Source: Octopus vulgaris (taxonomy: Eukaryota). From it: a stretch of DNA of 64,000 nucleotides. Both the position numbers and the translations under genes were made by a program. Position 1 is the first letter of the stretch; every line of letters begins with the position of its first letter. The stretch is taken from positions 80,600,001 through 80,664,000 of the forward strand of contig OX597817.1 of assembly GCA_951406725.2 (NCBI GenBank), given 5' to 3'. The notes under the pieces were generated by a model, which was not told the origin of the DNA, made no database searches, and saw nothing but the letters and a program-made list of their open reading frames with translations. This document shows, piece after piece, positions 14,416 through 27,620 of the stretch.

Positions 14416-15453
14416 TTTTAATCATAATCACCTTCGTCTTTTTTAGAACATTAGGTTGGCAGCAGCGTTAGAGATTTGGAAAAATGTCTCGCTGTATTTA
14501 TTCCGGCTCTGTACGTTCAAGTGCCACCGAGGTCAAGTTTGCTTTCTGGTGCCAATGAAATAACGCACCAATGAAGTAGTACTAAGGTCCTTATAATCGA
14601 CTAACCCCACTGCACCCAAATTTAAGGTTTTGTATTTATGTTAAGAGCAATTAATATGTCATCTTTATGTAGACGTATGTCTTGGATTTCCTAGAGTGGA
14701 TTAAGTGAGTAAATGTGAATCTATGTTTTGTAGAATGTCTGTATTGATCGCGTGCGCATGTTTGTATGTGAGAGAGAAAGAGAGACTGAGCAAGTCTTAT
14801 GTGTCAGGAAGGATCGTTTGATGTATGCTTTTATTTATTTTCATGGATATTCAGTTTCTTTTTATCTTTTCCAGTTTTACTTCTGTTTGTCTTGATACAT
14901 TGTATGAATGGATGTCTTTGAAAGTTTCTATTGATTTTACTTCGTTTTTGTTTTACTTTCGTCTATTTTTTTCTCAGACAGATATCTCTTTTGAAGAGTT
15001 TTAATCTCTAACTTTCCGTTCTAAACAACAGATCATCAATACACTGTATATATTACCACTAACATTTCCCAAACCAAATCGTTACCACAGGGTTGAAGTA
15101 ATAACTATTTCTCCGTCCAGTTCAACTCTCTTTGTACCAATAGCATTGATGTTGGTAAAACCAAAATTGCCGCCGTCGATATACCAGCAGCACCACTGGT
15201 TCAAAGACACAAATATGTCACTATGCGTCCAGCAGTATCTTGCCTGCGTACCCTTGTTTTTCCTTAGTTTTTATCAAAACACACTTGACTGTACCAATAT
15301 AATATATATCTATGTACCAATATAATATATATCTATGAAGGAAAGTGATTGATTTATGATTGCCTTTTATGTATTGTGGTCATTTCTCGTGGTCATTTCA
15401 TTTCCATACAACACACACACATATGTATATATGTATGTATATATGTATATATG

Positions 15454-15512
<59 letters not shown>

Positions 15513-15675
15513 GTTATCGCCATACTAATATGGCATTCTTATAAAAATAAGAAAAAAGCTGTCCGCTTATTAGCTCCATGAGGCCATCGCCTTAAGTTAG
15601 CTATTTGATACACAAACTGTATCCATATAACCTTCGAACAAGGGAGGTCAGTCGCTCCACACTACTTGACCGGCA

Positions 15676-15717
15676 GCTACAGACGCGTTTCGGGGTATTG
15701 CCCCTTTTCAATGCAGC
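15676..15717 (-). ncRNA. Minimal type-I hammerhead ribozyme, U3-A8 core variant (inverted copy)
   Basis: Minus strand: GCTGCA-TTGAAAA-GGGG(CAATA)CCCC-GAAAC-GC-GTC-TGTAGC. Confidence 0.75.
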
Positions 15718-16195
15718 GTAGCCAGCCAGTAGGTGTCGCTTCCGACAATCTCTGTTCGATGGTTTTATTTACCTAGTTTCGGTGGAATACATCCACTTGT
15801 TTTCAATAATAGAAATATTAAAATAACTAAGTCTCTCTAAAAGAGAACAGCAATACCCCGAAACGCGTCTGTAGCTGCCGGTCAAGTAGTGTGGAGCGAC
15901 GGACCTCCCTTGTTCGAAGGTTATATGGATACAGTTTGTGTATCAAATAGCTAACTTAAGGCGATGGCCTCATGGAGCTAATAAGCGGACAGCTTTTTTC
16001 TTATTTTTATAAGAATGCCATATTAGTATGGCGATAACTATTATTTTCCGGGAACGCTGCCGCTGTTCTCTTTTAGAGAGACTTAGTTATTTTAATATTT
16101 CTATTATTGAAAACAAGTGGATGTATTCCACCGAAACTAGGTAAATAAAACCATCGAACAGAGATTGTCGGAAGCGACACCTACTGGCTGGCTAC

Positions 16196-16237
16196 GCTGC
16201 ATTGAAAAGGGGCAATACCCCGAAACGCGTCTGTAGC
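16196..16237 (+). ncRNA. Minimal type-I hammerhead ribozyme, U3-A8 core variant
   Basis: Stem I GCTGCA/TGTAGC, core TTGAAAA (16202-16208), stem II GGGG/CCCC, GAAA, palindromic stem III ACGCGT, GUC triplet (predicted cut after 16231). Confidence 0.75.
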
Positions 16238-16463
16238 TGCCGGTCAAGTAGTGTGGAGCGACTGACCTCCCTTGTTCGAAGGTTATATGGATACAGTTTG
16301 TGTATCAAATAGCTAACTTAAGGCGATGGCCTCATGGAGCTAATAAGCGGACAGCTTTTTTCTTATTTTTATAAGAATGCCATATTAGTATGGCGATAAC
16401 TATTATTTTCCGGGAACGCTGCCGTTGTTCTCTTTTAGAGAGACTTAGTTATTTTAATATTTC

Positions 16464-16525
<62 letters not shown>

Positions 16526-16832
16526 CAACTAAAATTCAATATCTTCAACAAAGTGTTACTCAAGGCTTCGCATCCACAAAGCAAATACTTGTCCACAGCT
16601 CGTCGGACTCTATATAAATACAAAATTCAAAATAGGTATAGCGCAGACGTGAGAAAACTCAGAACTTGAGGAATACTTCCTAACAAAGAAACGTTAATGA
16701 AGACGGATTATCTCCCCTAAATCAGAGACGAAGAAAAAACCTTAATAACCCGAAGAAGCCTAACTACCAAACGAGGAAATCCAATTTTCCAATAACTATA
16801 TATAAAAAAATTTATATATACATATATGACGC

Positions 16833-17028
16833 CATGATAGATCGTTAGCCACTGCACACATTTTTTTCTCTCCATGTTTCTCTCCTTGGTTTTTTCTGTG
16901 TTCCTTTCTGTAGAAGAGCGTAGGCTCGAAACGTAAAAGACTTTTTCTATTCCTAAGCGTTATACTAATACATCTGTTTCTTTTGTACACCACCTGTCTT
17001 CGTCTTTTGTTTTTTTCGTAAACTCTCC

Positions 17029-17031
<3 letters not shown>
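16833..17031 (+). mobile_element. ~200-bp dispersed HHR-like element (other copies at 25274-25412 and 50314-50497)
   Basis: Shared start CATGATAGATCG.TAGC and end CTTCGTCTTTTG..GTAAA.T.TC. Motif CTTT-CTGTAGA-A-GAGC(GTAG)GCTC-GAAAC-GTA-AAAG at 16904-16939. (TA)n flanks. Confidence 0.65.
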
Positions 17032-17102
<71 letters not shown>

Positions 17103-17157
17103 TTACTTGGAAATGGATGCGTGACATTGAATGAAATAATAATGTAAATAATATATA

Positions 17158-17218
<61 letters not shown>

Positions 17219-17219
17219 G

Positions 17220-17425
17220 GGGGTCGTTGTGTTTATGTTTGTCCCTACCACAACTTGACGACCACTGTTGTTTTGTTTACGTCTCTGTAAGCTAGTGATT
17301 CGGCAAAACGACTGACAGAATAAGTACGAAATTTATAACATAAATACTCGGGTCGACTTGCTCGACTTTCCCTCCTCAAGACGGTTTCACAACATGGTCG
17401 CTCGCAGTCCTCTGACTGAATCAAG
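17220..17425 (+). mobile_element. SINE family B 3' half
   Basis: TTTGTCCC..CTTGAC..TTCGGCAAAA..GAATAAGTAC..GGGTCGAC.TGCTCGAC blocks. Confidence 0.7.
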
Positions 17426-17449
17426 TACAAATACATAAAGATAGAGAGA

Positions 17450-19250
17450 TAGCGAGGTGGTTTGTCAAAGTTGTTATTACGTCGGACAAAACAGCATGCT
17501 CTTTCTGTTCGCACCCCGAGCAAAATAATTAGTGGCATTTCGTCCGTCTTTACCTTCTGATTTCAAATTCCGCCGTGGTCAACATTTTCCTTCATTCATT
17601 CGGGACCGATAAAATAAGTACCAGTTGTACATTGGGGTCGATGAAATCGACAAACAGCTCCTACATATTTTCAGATCGTGTATTTTAGTTGAAATGATTA
17701 TTATTAATGTTATAAGGCGGCGTGCCGGAAGAATCGTTAGGATGCCGAACAAAATGTTTAGCAGTATTTATTCCAGCTTGGTACTCTGAGTTCAAATCCT
17801 ATTGAGGTGTGAACTTTACGGCTTATCCTTATGGCTTCGATAAACTAATGAGCCAGTCAAGCACTGGGTCCATGTCATCAACTACTCGCTTCCTCAACGT
17901 TGCAGACTTTGTATCCAAATCCCAAACATAATTCATATTGCTGTTGCAGTTAATTTTTCTCATCATTATTATTATCGTGAAGAAGGCGGCGAGCTGGCAG
18001 AAACGTTAGCACGCCGGCCTAAATGCTTTGCGGTATTTCGTCTGCCGTTACGTTCTGAGTTCAAACTCCGCCGAGGTCGACTTTGCCTTTCTTCCTTTCA
18101 GGGTCGATTAAATAAGTACCAGTTACGCACTGGGGTCGATATAATCGACTTAATCCGTTTGTCTGTCTTTGTTTGTCCTCTCTGTGTTTAGCCCATTGTG
18201 GGTAGTAAAGAAATAGGTATTTCGTCTGCCGTTAATTCTTAGTTCAAATTTCGCCGAAGTCGCCTCACCCTTCATCCTTTCGGGGTTGATAAATTAAATA
18301 CCAGTGAAACACTGGAGTCGATGTAAGGAACTAGTCCCCTCCTACCAAATTTCTGACCTTGTGCCTTTAATAGAAGGGATTGTTATTATTGTCAGTGTCC
18401 TCATTATAATCATAAAAAATTAAAGCATCAACAGTTCCAGGATTATCATCAAAACATTGACGATATTCTTCATCATCATCATCGTTGTCATCATCATCGT
18501 CGTCATCATTATCATCATCATCATCATTATCATCATTATTATCACTCTGAAAGTCATAATTTCGCATCACCACGACTATCGTCTCTATAGTGACTATCGT
18601 CTCTATATAGCCACTGCAGAGCGTCAAACGAAATGGCTTGCGGTATTTTTTCCAGTACTTTCCGCCTGGTTTCATACCCTGCTTATGTCAACTTTGCCTT
18701 TCATTCTTCCGAGGCCGGGAAAGAAGGGTCGATAAATAAAGTTCCAAATCTTGTGTGGCAGACTGGCGGAAACGTTTGAGCGTCGTAGGTGCATTGGGAT
18801 ATTTCATTCGGGTTTTTGTGAATTCAAATTCTGCCAGAACCTATTTGAATGAACACCATCACCTGACTGTTGGGTAACTTTAGCGGACTCCAATCTGCGG
18901 TAAACATTCCAACCAAGCTTCTAGTTGTAGAATATTTTCCTTTCACTGTCATTCTTGGAGGCCCGTTAAGATTCGTGAGTACTGAATTCTTTATACTGCA
19001 CAAACAATTTTGAAAGATCATTATCACTATCAACAGCATCAACGTCAGTTGTGAATGCCATCATTAATATTATGAATGAGGGAGGGCAGCGAGCTGATAG
19101 TATCCTCACCGCGCCCGGTAAAATGCTCAGCGGCATTTCGTCCGTCTTTACGATCTGAGTTAAAATTCCGCCGAGGCTGATTTTTGCTTTTCATCCTTTC
19201 GAGGGTAGGGGTCTATGAACTTGCTGGCCTTCTGCCAAAATTTGAATCCA
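17450..19250 (+). mobile_element. Cluster of head-to-tail SINE family A copies (best copy 17984-18385)
   Basis: Repeated GGCGAGCTGGCAGAA heads and GTTCAAA..GAGGTCGACTTTGCCTTTC cores at about 17450, 17715, 17984, 18610, 18755 and 19085, several separated by (ATT)/(ATC) tails. Confidence 0.8.
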
Positions 19251-19424
19251 ATATTATTTGTGAGGACCATTTTCATCAAATCATCGACATCATTATTCTC
19301 ATTACTCATAAGTTTCGTATTTCACCATCGTGTTTATGTCATTCGTTATACTCTCATTTTATCTTACATAGTCCTTCGTAGTTTCTTAATGCAGTGTTTA
19401 TTTCTATTTCTTACATTTTTATTA

Positions 19425-19730
19425 TTTATGCGTCCTTTTCAAGCCTAGCCAGGCTCATGGACCCGATTTCCCGGTTTCTATGGCGTATGTGTTCCCCCAG
19501 CTGGACGGGACGCCAGTCCATCGCAGTGTTACTCAAGAAACAGGAAGAAAGGGTGAGAGAAAGTTGGGGCGAAACAGTACAACAGGGGTCGCCACCATCC
19601 TCTGCCGGAGCTTCGTGGAGCTTTAGGTGTTTTCGCTAAATAAACACACACAACGCCCGGTCTGGGAATCGAAACCGCGATCCTCCGACTGCGAGTTCGC
19701 TGCCCTAACCACTGGGCCATTGCGCCTCCA
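19425..19730 (-). mobile_element. SINE family C (tRNA-derived head)
   Basis: Minus strand starts GGAGGCGCAATGGCCCAGTGGTTAGGGCAGCG..GGTTTCGATTCCCAGACC (A and B boxes); tail shared with 27621-27850. Confidence 0.85.
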
Positions 19731-20591
19731 TAATTCTTACATTACTATTTCTTTTTTTCTTTTCTTTTTCTTTTTTACTTTCTTGGTATTGAAGAAACAG
19801 CAGTAGTCATTGATCTCGCAGACGGTCTGGGACTGGTGAGATCGTTACCGTTAATATTCCATTTGACGCGTGCAGGGAAGACATTATCACAAGAGAAATT
19901 GCGGATGAGGAAATACTGGGAAGAGGCACTAACGCCAAGTGTTACACGTTGGACGCAATATGAGTGATGAGATCAGGGTAAACGTGTGTTTCGGGAGTGA
20001 GCAGTGTGAGATTATTATAAGGCCAGCTATGGGGAAGGAAATGAGGTCACTAGAGCAATTTTAGGTAAGGTACAGCCTGTGAGAAGTATGTGGAACGTGC
20101 CATTGGGTGATTACAAGCCGAACAGTTGAGTAAACTTTCTATGAACCAACTGTAGGATTCGTTTGTGTATAACAGCAGCTGTATCATTTCAAATGCGAAG
20201 CAATGTTCTGCCGTCTCTCTCATCTCAGTAGAAAAGCAATGACTGTCTCCTTTGTTTAGGACACTGGTGTTCTTCAATCCTCTAATACGGCAGTCAGAAA
20301 TGAACATAAAGTTGTATCATAAGGGATTTTTTATCAATCTAATATTGCAGAAATGACATGAACACACCGTGTCGCTTAGTTTCACTGGCGGCAAACCGAT
20401 ATATTGAGAGTCAAATATCTTCTTTATGGTCCTAGCGCAGTAACGCGACATTCGGTGACGGGATACGATCCAACGTCATCTCAACTAGTAGTCCAGCGTT
20501 ATATCGGCACAGCTGTCAGTATTATGATCATAGGAAGTAACAGCAGCAGCAACATCTGCATCAGCATCATCATCATCATCATCATCACATT

Positions 20592-20638
<47 letters not shown>

Positions 20639-20803
20639 AATCATCATCATCATCATCAAGTATAAAAAATATATAATATCTCAAGGCAATAAAATATTAA
20701 ACAAAGAATAAAAAATGATTTAAATGGTATTATCAATATATATATATATATATATATACATCCATATATTTGTATGTATATACATATAAGTAATATGCAT
20801 GCG

Positions 20804-20855
<52 letters not shown>

Positions 20856-20885
20856 CATATAAATATGTATATCTCTATACACATG

Positions 20886-20931
<46 letters not shown>

Positions 20932-22083
20932 TGTATGTATGAATGTATATACACATTATTTGATAAATGAAAAATTCTTTGTTAAAAATATTTTAATAAA
21001 AACAAATAGAAGGCGAAAAAAATACGAAATTTACAAACAAAATAATTGTCAACCAGAAGAAAAGAAAACATCTATTCTTGTTTCTTGAAGTATTAAATGC
21101 AGTAGGGTGGGGCAGAGCAGCAGGGGAGGAGGGGTAGGCAGAAATATCGAGAGGCGGGCGGTAGAGAGGGTTGGAGGTAGGGGACGGGAAGAAGGGAGGG
21201 AGTCAGAGCAGAAGTGAGAAATTTCGAAATCATGAGTGAGACAGAAAGAAGACGAAGAAATATATATATATGTACATACATATATATAATTTTATAATTT
21301 TCTTCTCGAGAATGGCAGACAGAAAATAAGGCAAAAAATATAATTAATAAATAAATAAATGGTAAGTTTTCTTTTTCTTTTTGGATTATTTTGTTTGTTT
21401 GGCTTTTCTTTCGCTTATTTATTTATTTTTTTTTTTTTCATCTTTGGCGAGAAACTTTAGACATAATCTACCTGAAATTTCTGTCAAAATATAAAAAAAT
21501 AAGAAATAAATAAAATTAGAAAAAACTTTAAAATAACGAAAATGCAACGAATTTTTTTTTTTTTGTTCAAAAAATATATAAAAGGAAAAAGATATTACAA
21601 AAGACATTATTTAATATGAAAAGCGATAAATAAAAATTATTCACTTGGAAAAAAGTGTTTAGTATTTTCGTCTTCTTTTTCAACTACATTTATTTTTATT
21701 TTTCCTCCTCCTCCTCCTCCTCGTCTTCTTCTTCTACTTCTGTTCCTTCACTTTCTACACGTTTTTAGTCTGAATCTTAGACTTCTTCTTCATGCTTCTC
21801 TTCTTTTTCATCTTCGTCTGTTCCCTCTTAATCTTCTACCTCTACTCTTCTAACACTTCTCTTCGTCCCCTCCTTGACCTTATTTGTATTTTCATTCTTC
21901 TACTCATTCTTCTTTTTTTCTATTTCATTTTCCTTCCTCTTCACTCACCCCCCTTCTCCTCTTCCTCTTTATTCTCATTCTTAGTCTTAATATTTCACTT
22001 TTCCTCCTATTTTCCCTAGTCCTGCTTCTTCTTCCCCCTCTTTTTCTTCTTTACCTTATCCTTCGTCTTATATTTATATTAGA

Positions 22084-22114
<31 letters not shown>

Positions 22115-22560
22115 CTTCTTCTCCTTCTTCTTTTTCTTCTTCTTCTTCTTCTTCTTCTGCATTCCATTTTATTCTTAGTGTTTTATACTTCTTCTCCTTC
22201 TTTTCCTCCTCGTTCATCTTATTGTTACTCCTAGTCTTATACTTTTTCTTTATCTTCTATAGTCTCTCCTTGCGTTTCTTCGTTTTTCTACTTTGCATTC
22301 TTCCTTTTCTTTGTAATGTTTAATTTTCCTTCACCGTCTTCTTCTTCTTCTTCTTCTTCTTCTTCTTCTTCTTCTTCTTCTTCTTCTTCTTCTTCTTCTT
22401 CTTCTTCTGGTACGATTTCTATATTTTCATTTCATTATTCTTCCTATTAATCTTCTCATTCATATTCTTATTTGTTTCCAGTCTCCTCTCGTTCTTCTCC
22501 TCTTCCCACTACTCCTAATATTTCTTCGTCTTATTACTATTATTATTCACTACATCTCTT

Positions 22561-22600
<40 letters not shown>

Positions 22601-23183
22601 TCTCTCATTATCTCTCTCTCTCTCTAGCTCTCGCTTTCTATATATTTCTCATTGTTTCCCCACACTCACCCTATAGATCTTATCTCACATGGAACTTTTG
22701 GCGCATTTTAGTTCTGATCAAAAAAAGTTTTCCTATCAGTATTGTAAATATAAATGATAGACAAACTTTCAACATTATTCATATATTTAATATATCTCTG
22801 CAGGTGTGTGCATATGGGAGTGGGGTTGCGCATATATATATATATATATACACTCACACACATATACAGACACATTTATATAAATAAGGGGGTAGCGTAG
22901 ATTTGTATACATTTCATTTTCTTTCATTTATTTGCTGCATTTATTTGTGTCAATGTGATCATTATCTTTAAAAAAAAAGCGCAAGGTAAGTAATCTTTTT
23001 GATAATACCTGTGATGTAAACGTATCCGCACATAAACGTACCACTTTATCAATATTTGGTAGAGATATTACATATACGAACACACACACACACATATATA
23101 TACATATATATATTATATATGATATAATATAATATAATATATATATGTATGTATGTATGTATGTGTATATATATATATATATA

Positions 23184-23243
<60 letters not shown>

Positions 23244-23246
<3 letters not shown>

Positions 23247-23460
23247 TTTACTTGTTTCAGTCATGTGAGTGCAGTCATGCTGGAGTACCACTTTCAGCCT
23301 AACAAATCGACCCCAGGATTCATTCTTTGTAAGCTTAGTACCTATTCTATCGGTCTCTTTTGACGAACCGCTAGATTACGGGGACGTAAACACACATCAA
23401 GCGATAGCGTGGGGACAAACACAAGCACACACACACACACACAAATAAACATATAGACGT
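23244..23460 (-). mobile_element. SINE family B 3' half
   Basis: Reverse complement of the family tail ..CTCCAGCATG..TGACTGAAACAAGTAAAAGA. Confidence 0.75.
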
Positions 23461-23525
23461 ATATATATATGTGTGTGTGGGTGTGTGCATGTATTTATGT
23501 ATGTATACATGTATACATGTATGAG

Positions 23526-23574
<49 letters not shown>

Positions 23575-23617
23575 ATGTATGCATATATATATATATATGA
23601 ACGTATACATATGTATG

Positions 23618-23667
<50 letters not shown>

Positions 23668-24061
23668 CAAAAATCCATATATATATGTATGCAAAATTAC
23701 ATATATGTTTACATATATAAATACATATATTCACGTACATACACTTACATTCACATAAATACTTCTCTGTGTGTGTGTGTTCATGCGGATGTGAGCGTGC
23801 ATGTGTATGTGAGTGTGAGTGTGTGTTTGTGTGTGTGTATGTCAGTGTGTGCGTGTGTGTGTGTAGAATTAGTAAAATGTGTTCAACACAGACTAGTAAG
23901 AGTAGCAACAATTAAAACTCATTCTATGAATCTCTGCTGTTGCTTTGGCTTAATGGTAAACCAAAGAAGGTATACAATTTACACCATATGCGGCTTTCGA
24001 ATCCTTCAGGCTATGTCACGCCTCTTTTATCCGTCTCCTTACAAGCACACTGACACGCATA

Positions 24062-24100
<39 letters not shown>

Positions 24101-24139
24101 ATGTATGAATGTATGTATGTATGTGTGTGTATATGCATA

Positions 24140-24361
24140 TTCTTTTATTCTTTTACTTGCTTCAGTCATTTGACTGCGGCTATGCTGGAGCACCGCATTT
24201 GGTCAAAAAAATCGACCCGAGGACTCAATCTTTTGAAGTACTTATCCTATCGGTGTCTTTTGACAAACTGCTAAGTGGGGCATAAACGCAAACGCACTAA
24301 CATCGGTTGTGAAGCGACGTTGGGGAGGACTAACACAGACGCACAAACATATATATTCATA

Positions 24362-24413
<52 letters not shown>

Positions 24414-24572
24414 GAGCTTCTTTCAGCTTCCATCTACCAAATCTACTCACAAGGCTTTGGTCGGCCTGAGGCTATAGTACAAGACATTTGACCAAGGTGC
24501 CACATAGTGAAACTGAACCCAGACTCATGTGGTTGGGAAGCAAGCTTGTTACTTCACAGCCACCCCTGCACC
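24140..24572 (-). mobile_element. SINE family B, full length, with internal (TA)n
   Basis: Head and tail both match 58138-58543 in reverse orientation. Confidence 0.85.
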
Positions 24573-24637
24573 TATACATACATACATATATATATATATA
24601 TGCATATATATGTATACATATATATATATTTATACAC

Positions 24638-24773
<136 letters not shown>

Positions 24774-25002
24774 AGTACAGGGCCCAGTTGTATAATCGAT
24801 CCTCTTTCGTCTAAATCTCTTAATTTCGACAGTCAAATTTATGATGTTGGTATGGCGTTATTACCAAAAGTGCAGAAACGACATACTCAGAGGGAATTTG
24901 AAGGTACCGTAATCCAAGGGTAGTGTAACAATCCTTGAATCAGGTACTCCAAATAATCAGTCGCAAGGACTTAGACGGCCCGTGTGAGCTTGCAGTAATG
25001 GT

Positions 25003-25260
25003 CAATTCAAATAAACAATCAATTCAAATGCACAAGGAATGTATTAGCGAGCTGTTTGCGATTTCTTTCCCTTCTGCGAATTTTTCTTCTTTCGCCTTTC
25101 AGACGAAGAGCTATAATCGAAATATGAAACTCGCTCTTTTCCCCGAGCGTCATGCTAATTCATTCCTTGTGCACGTCCTCTTGTTTTCTGTCAATTTTAT
25201 TATTTCAATTTACTGTCTATTTGAATTGATTATATATATACTGTTTATTTGAATTGATTA
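25003..25260 (+). mobile_element. Decayed pLTR-like element with 5' inverted segment
   Basis: 25003-25047 is inverted relative to parts of 25155-25258. Degenerate CTTT-CAGACGA-A-GAGC..TC-GAAA at 25096-25122 parallels the 16.9/50.4 kb motif. Confidence 0.45.
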
Positions 25261-25489
25261 TATATATATTCACCATGATAGATCGCTAGCCACTAAACTT
25301 TATCTATTTTCTCTCCCTGTTTACTGCCTCTCTTGCCAAGCGTTAAACTAATACATCTGTTTGTTGTTTACACACCCGTCTTCGTCTTTTGGTTTTTGTA
25401 AATTCTCACTATATATATATGTACATAGAATTCTTGTGAACAACGAGTTGTAAGATGACCCTGTTGTGCTCGCGTAAACACGAAAGTGG

Positions 25490-26290
25490 TCTAACACTAA
25501 CCCCAACTACAAAAACATATACAAAATTATGGTCTTTCTCATTCCATTTTTCAATCATATTATAACCAGAGCAATAAAACAATTCATCTTTCTCGCTACA
25601 GACACATGCACAAAGGGAACAAGCTTCATAAAAATTTTCAGCATGAAAAATATAACATCCAGTTATAGCTTAACAACTTCAAAGAAAATAATTTACAGTA
25701 GAAACTAAATTGAAAATAACTATAATAGTTGAAACATTGAGTTTTGTCCGGTGGACAGCTAATTCCTGAATAGCTGCCTCGTGTATGAGGCCACTATAAG
25801 TGAAAAAACGTCAACTACACGGTATGTTTCACAGGCTTAACAGAAAACTCATTTAAAAGCAAATTATATCAGCGTACGAACTCACACAATCTCCATCAAA
25901 AAGTAATTGCTACATCGTTTTCGAAGCACATCTGGAACAAGAATGATAGACGTAGATACCTGGAATTTAAGATTTAACATAATTTGATACATCTATGCAT
26001 GAAAAACTAGTTTAATTACACTTAAAACGGTTCGTATTTTCCTTTTGCAGTTTATATATTGTGAGATGTTCAATAGGATTAGGAAAGTAAATAAGATTAG
26101 CTTTAACAGTTGCCGGCAACGTCGTCAGTTATTTATCTGATGCTGACTTTTATGTCTAGTTTACGTTATCCAGTTTGAATGGTTATAATGATTCTGTCTC
26201 AGATACTCATTTGCTAACTGAATAGAAAAATCATCAGTATAACGTCAGTAGAACGTGGAAAACATTTCGAAAAGTCTGGCAATTATTTTT
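25490..26290 (+). pseudogene. Decayed Penelope-like element: linker/GIY-YIG endonuclease C-terminus plus 3' pLTR with degenerate HHR
   Basis: Frameshifted translations KLHKIFSMKNITSSYS, CPVDS*FLNSCLVYEATIS, TGLTENSFKSKLYQRTNS, TSFSKHIW and SCRQRRQLF match the PLE pattern LHKIFN.NT.K.SYS / CPL.G.CL...VY.A / YIGLTE..FK.R...H..S / T.LSK.IW / KCRH..KF. Confidence 0.75.
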
Positions 26291-26384
26291 TGACAAATGG
26301 TACTAGAAATAACAGTTTGTATCGCATTATAAAGATGATGTTATGCTCTAGTAGCTGTTGCTCATTTACAAGGAGCTGAATTGT

Positions 26385-26880
26385 TATGACCCACTTCAGT
26401 TATGACTGACCATGGGATTGCACCTAGAAATTTATCCTCCGAGGCACAAGTCTGGGCACGGTTGTTTATGGAAGACTATCAGTCGCCCATGCATACCAGC
26501 CTCCCCTCTCCACGCCACCGATGTTATCCAAGGGAAAGGCAAAGGCCGATACAGCTTGGCAACAGTGACGTCGCAGCTCGTTTATTAACGTGCAAGTGGC
26601 CGAGCATTTCACAGACACATGTACCCTTACCATAGTTCTCGGGAAGATTCAGCGTGACATAGAGTGTTACAAGGCTGGCCCTTTGAAATACAGGTACAAC
26701 AGAAACAGGAAGAAAGAGTGAGAGAAAGTTGTGGTGAAAGAGTACAACAGGGTTCACCACCACCCCTGCCGGAGCGTCGTGGATCTTTAGGTGCTTTTGC
26801 TCAATAAACACTGACAGTGCCAGGTCTGCGAATCGAAACCGCGAGTCCGCAGCCCTAACCACTGGGCCATTGCACCTTCA
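26385..26880 (-). mobile_element. SINE family C composite with tail shared with 34854-35185
   Basis: Minus-strand head GCAATGGCCCAGTGGTTAGGG..GGTTTCGATTC. Tail (+ strand GACCATGGGATTGCACCTAGAAA..GGCAAAGGCCGATACAGCTTGGC) matches 34876-35028. Confidence 0.8.
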
Positions 26881-27620
26881 CAATGAGCTGAATAAACTGA
26901 ATACAAATAGCGTCCATAATTATCTACTGATAATTACGGAGGCCAATAAATTAATATTTTCCTAACTAAACATCAGTCTTAAAAATGTTTATACGGAGAG
27001 GCTTTATATACCATTTATCAGATAAATATACTCAATAATTAATGCTAAAATCCTTAAACGCTTCACCATTATACGAAACATTATGAAGTTTGCATCTAGC
27101 ATAAAGTGAATCCATATAATATTGTTGGTTTTGTATTATAAGTTTTCTTACTGCTACAATAACTAATGCTAGATGTAATTACTATGTCGTTACCATCACC
27201 TGTCCAAAATTTGAAATATGTTAGAGCTTGTGTTGTAATCGTTAGATATGTTATTCTGGTTTCTCTCCTTTATAGTAATTATCTAATTAAAATTATCATT
27301 GGAGTTAGTACAAACCGCACACTAATTATAAATCTTCGTAATATTTGATTGATTTTATGAAGATAATATAATTATATAGACCTGAATATTTGTGCATATA
27401 TTTGTTTTTATTGCGCTGGTGTGAAACTGTTATTTGCTGTAGGTTAGCTTATCAGAAAAATTTATGAACACTAGTATTGCTGTCTCTTCTTTGATTAAGA
27501 ATAACTTTTTATGTGTCTCACTTCTTTACAATGTGCTGTGCTGTTTGAAGATATTTGATTAGATTCATAAACAATGCCAAAATAACAAAGGTTTTATGTA
27601 TATGTATCCTCAAATTTCAG

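Larger units (their letters stand above)
15507..16469 (+). mobile_element. Young retrozyme/Penelope-pLTR-like array: 345-bp inverted copy plus 1.7 tandem copies of a 362-bp HHR-containing unit
   Basis: GAAACGCG recurs at 15860 and 16222 (period 362). 15507-15851 is the reverse complement of the unit, with a 2-bp (GC) junction overlap. Only two substitutions seen between copies. (TA)n on both flanks. Confidence 0.9.

Noticed and set aside
15507-16469. Assembly artefact or CRISPR-like array
   Set aside because: There is no repeat-spacer pattern. The copies differ by substitutions and the same architecture recurs at 57 kb, although long-read confirmation is still advisable.
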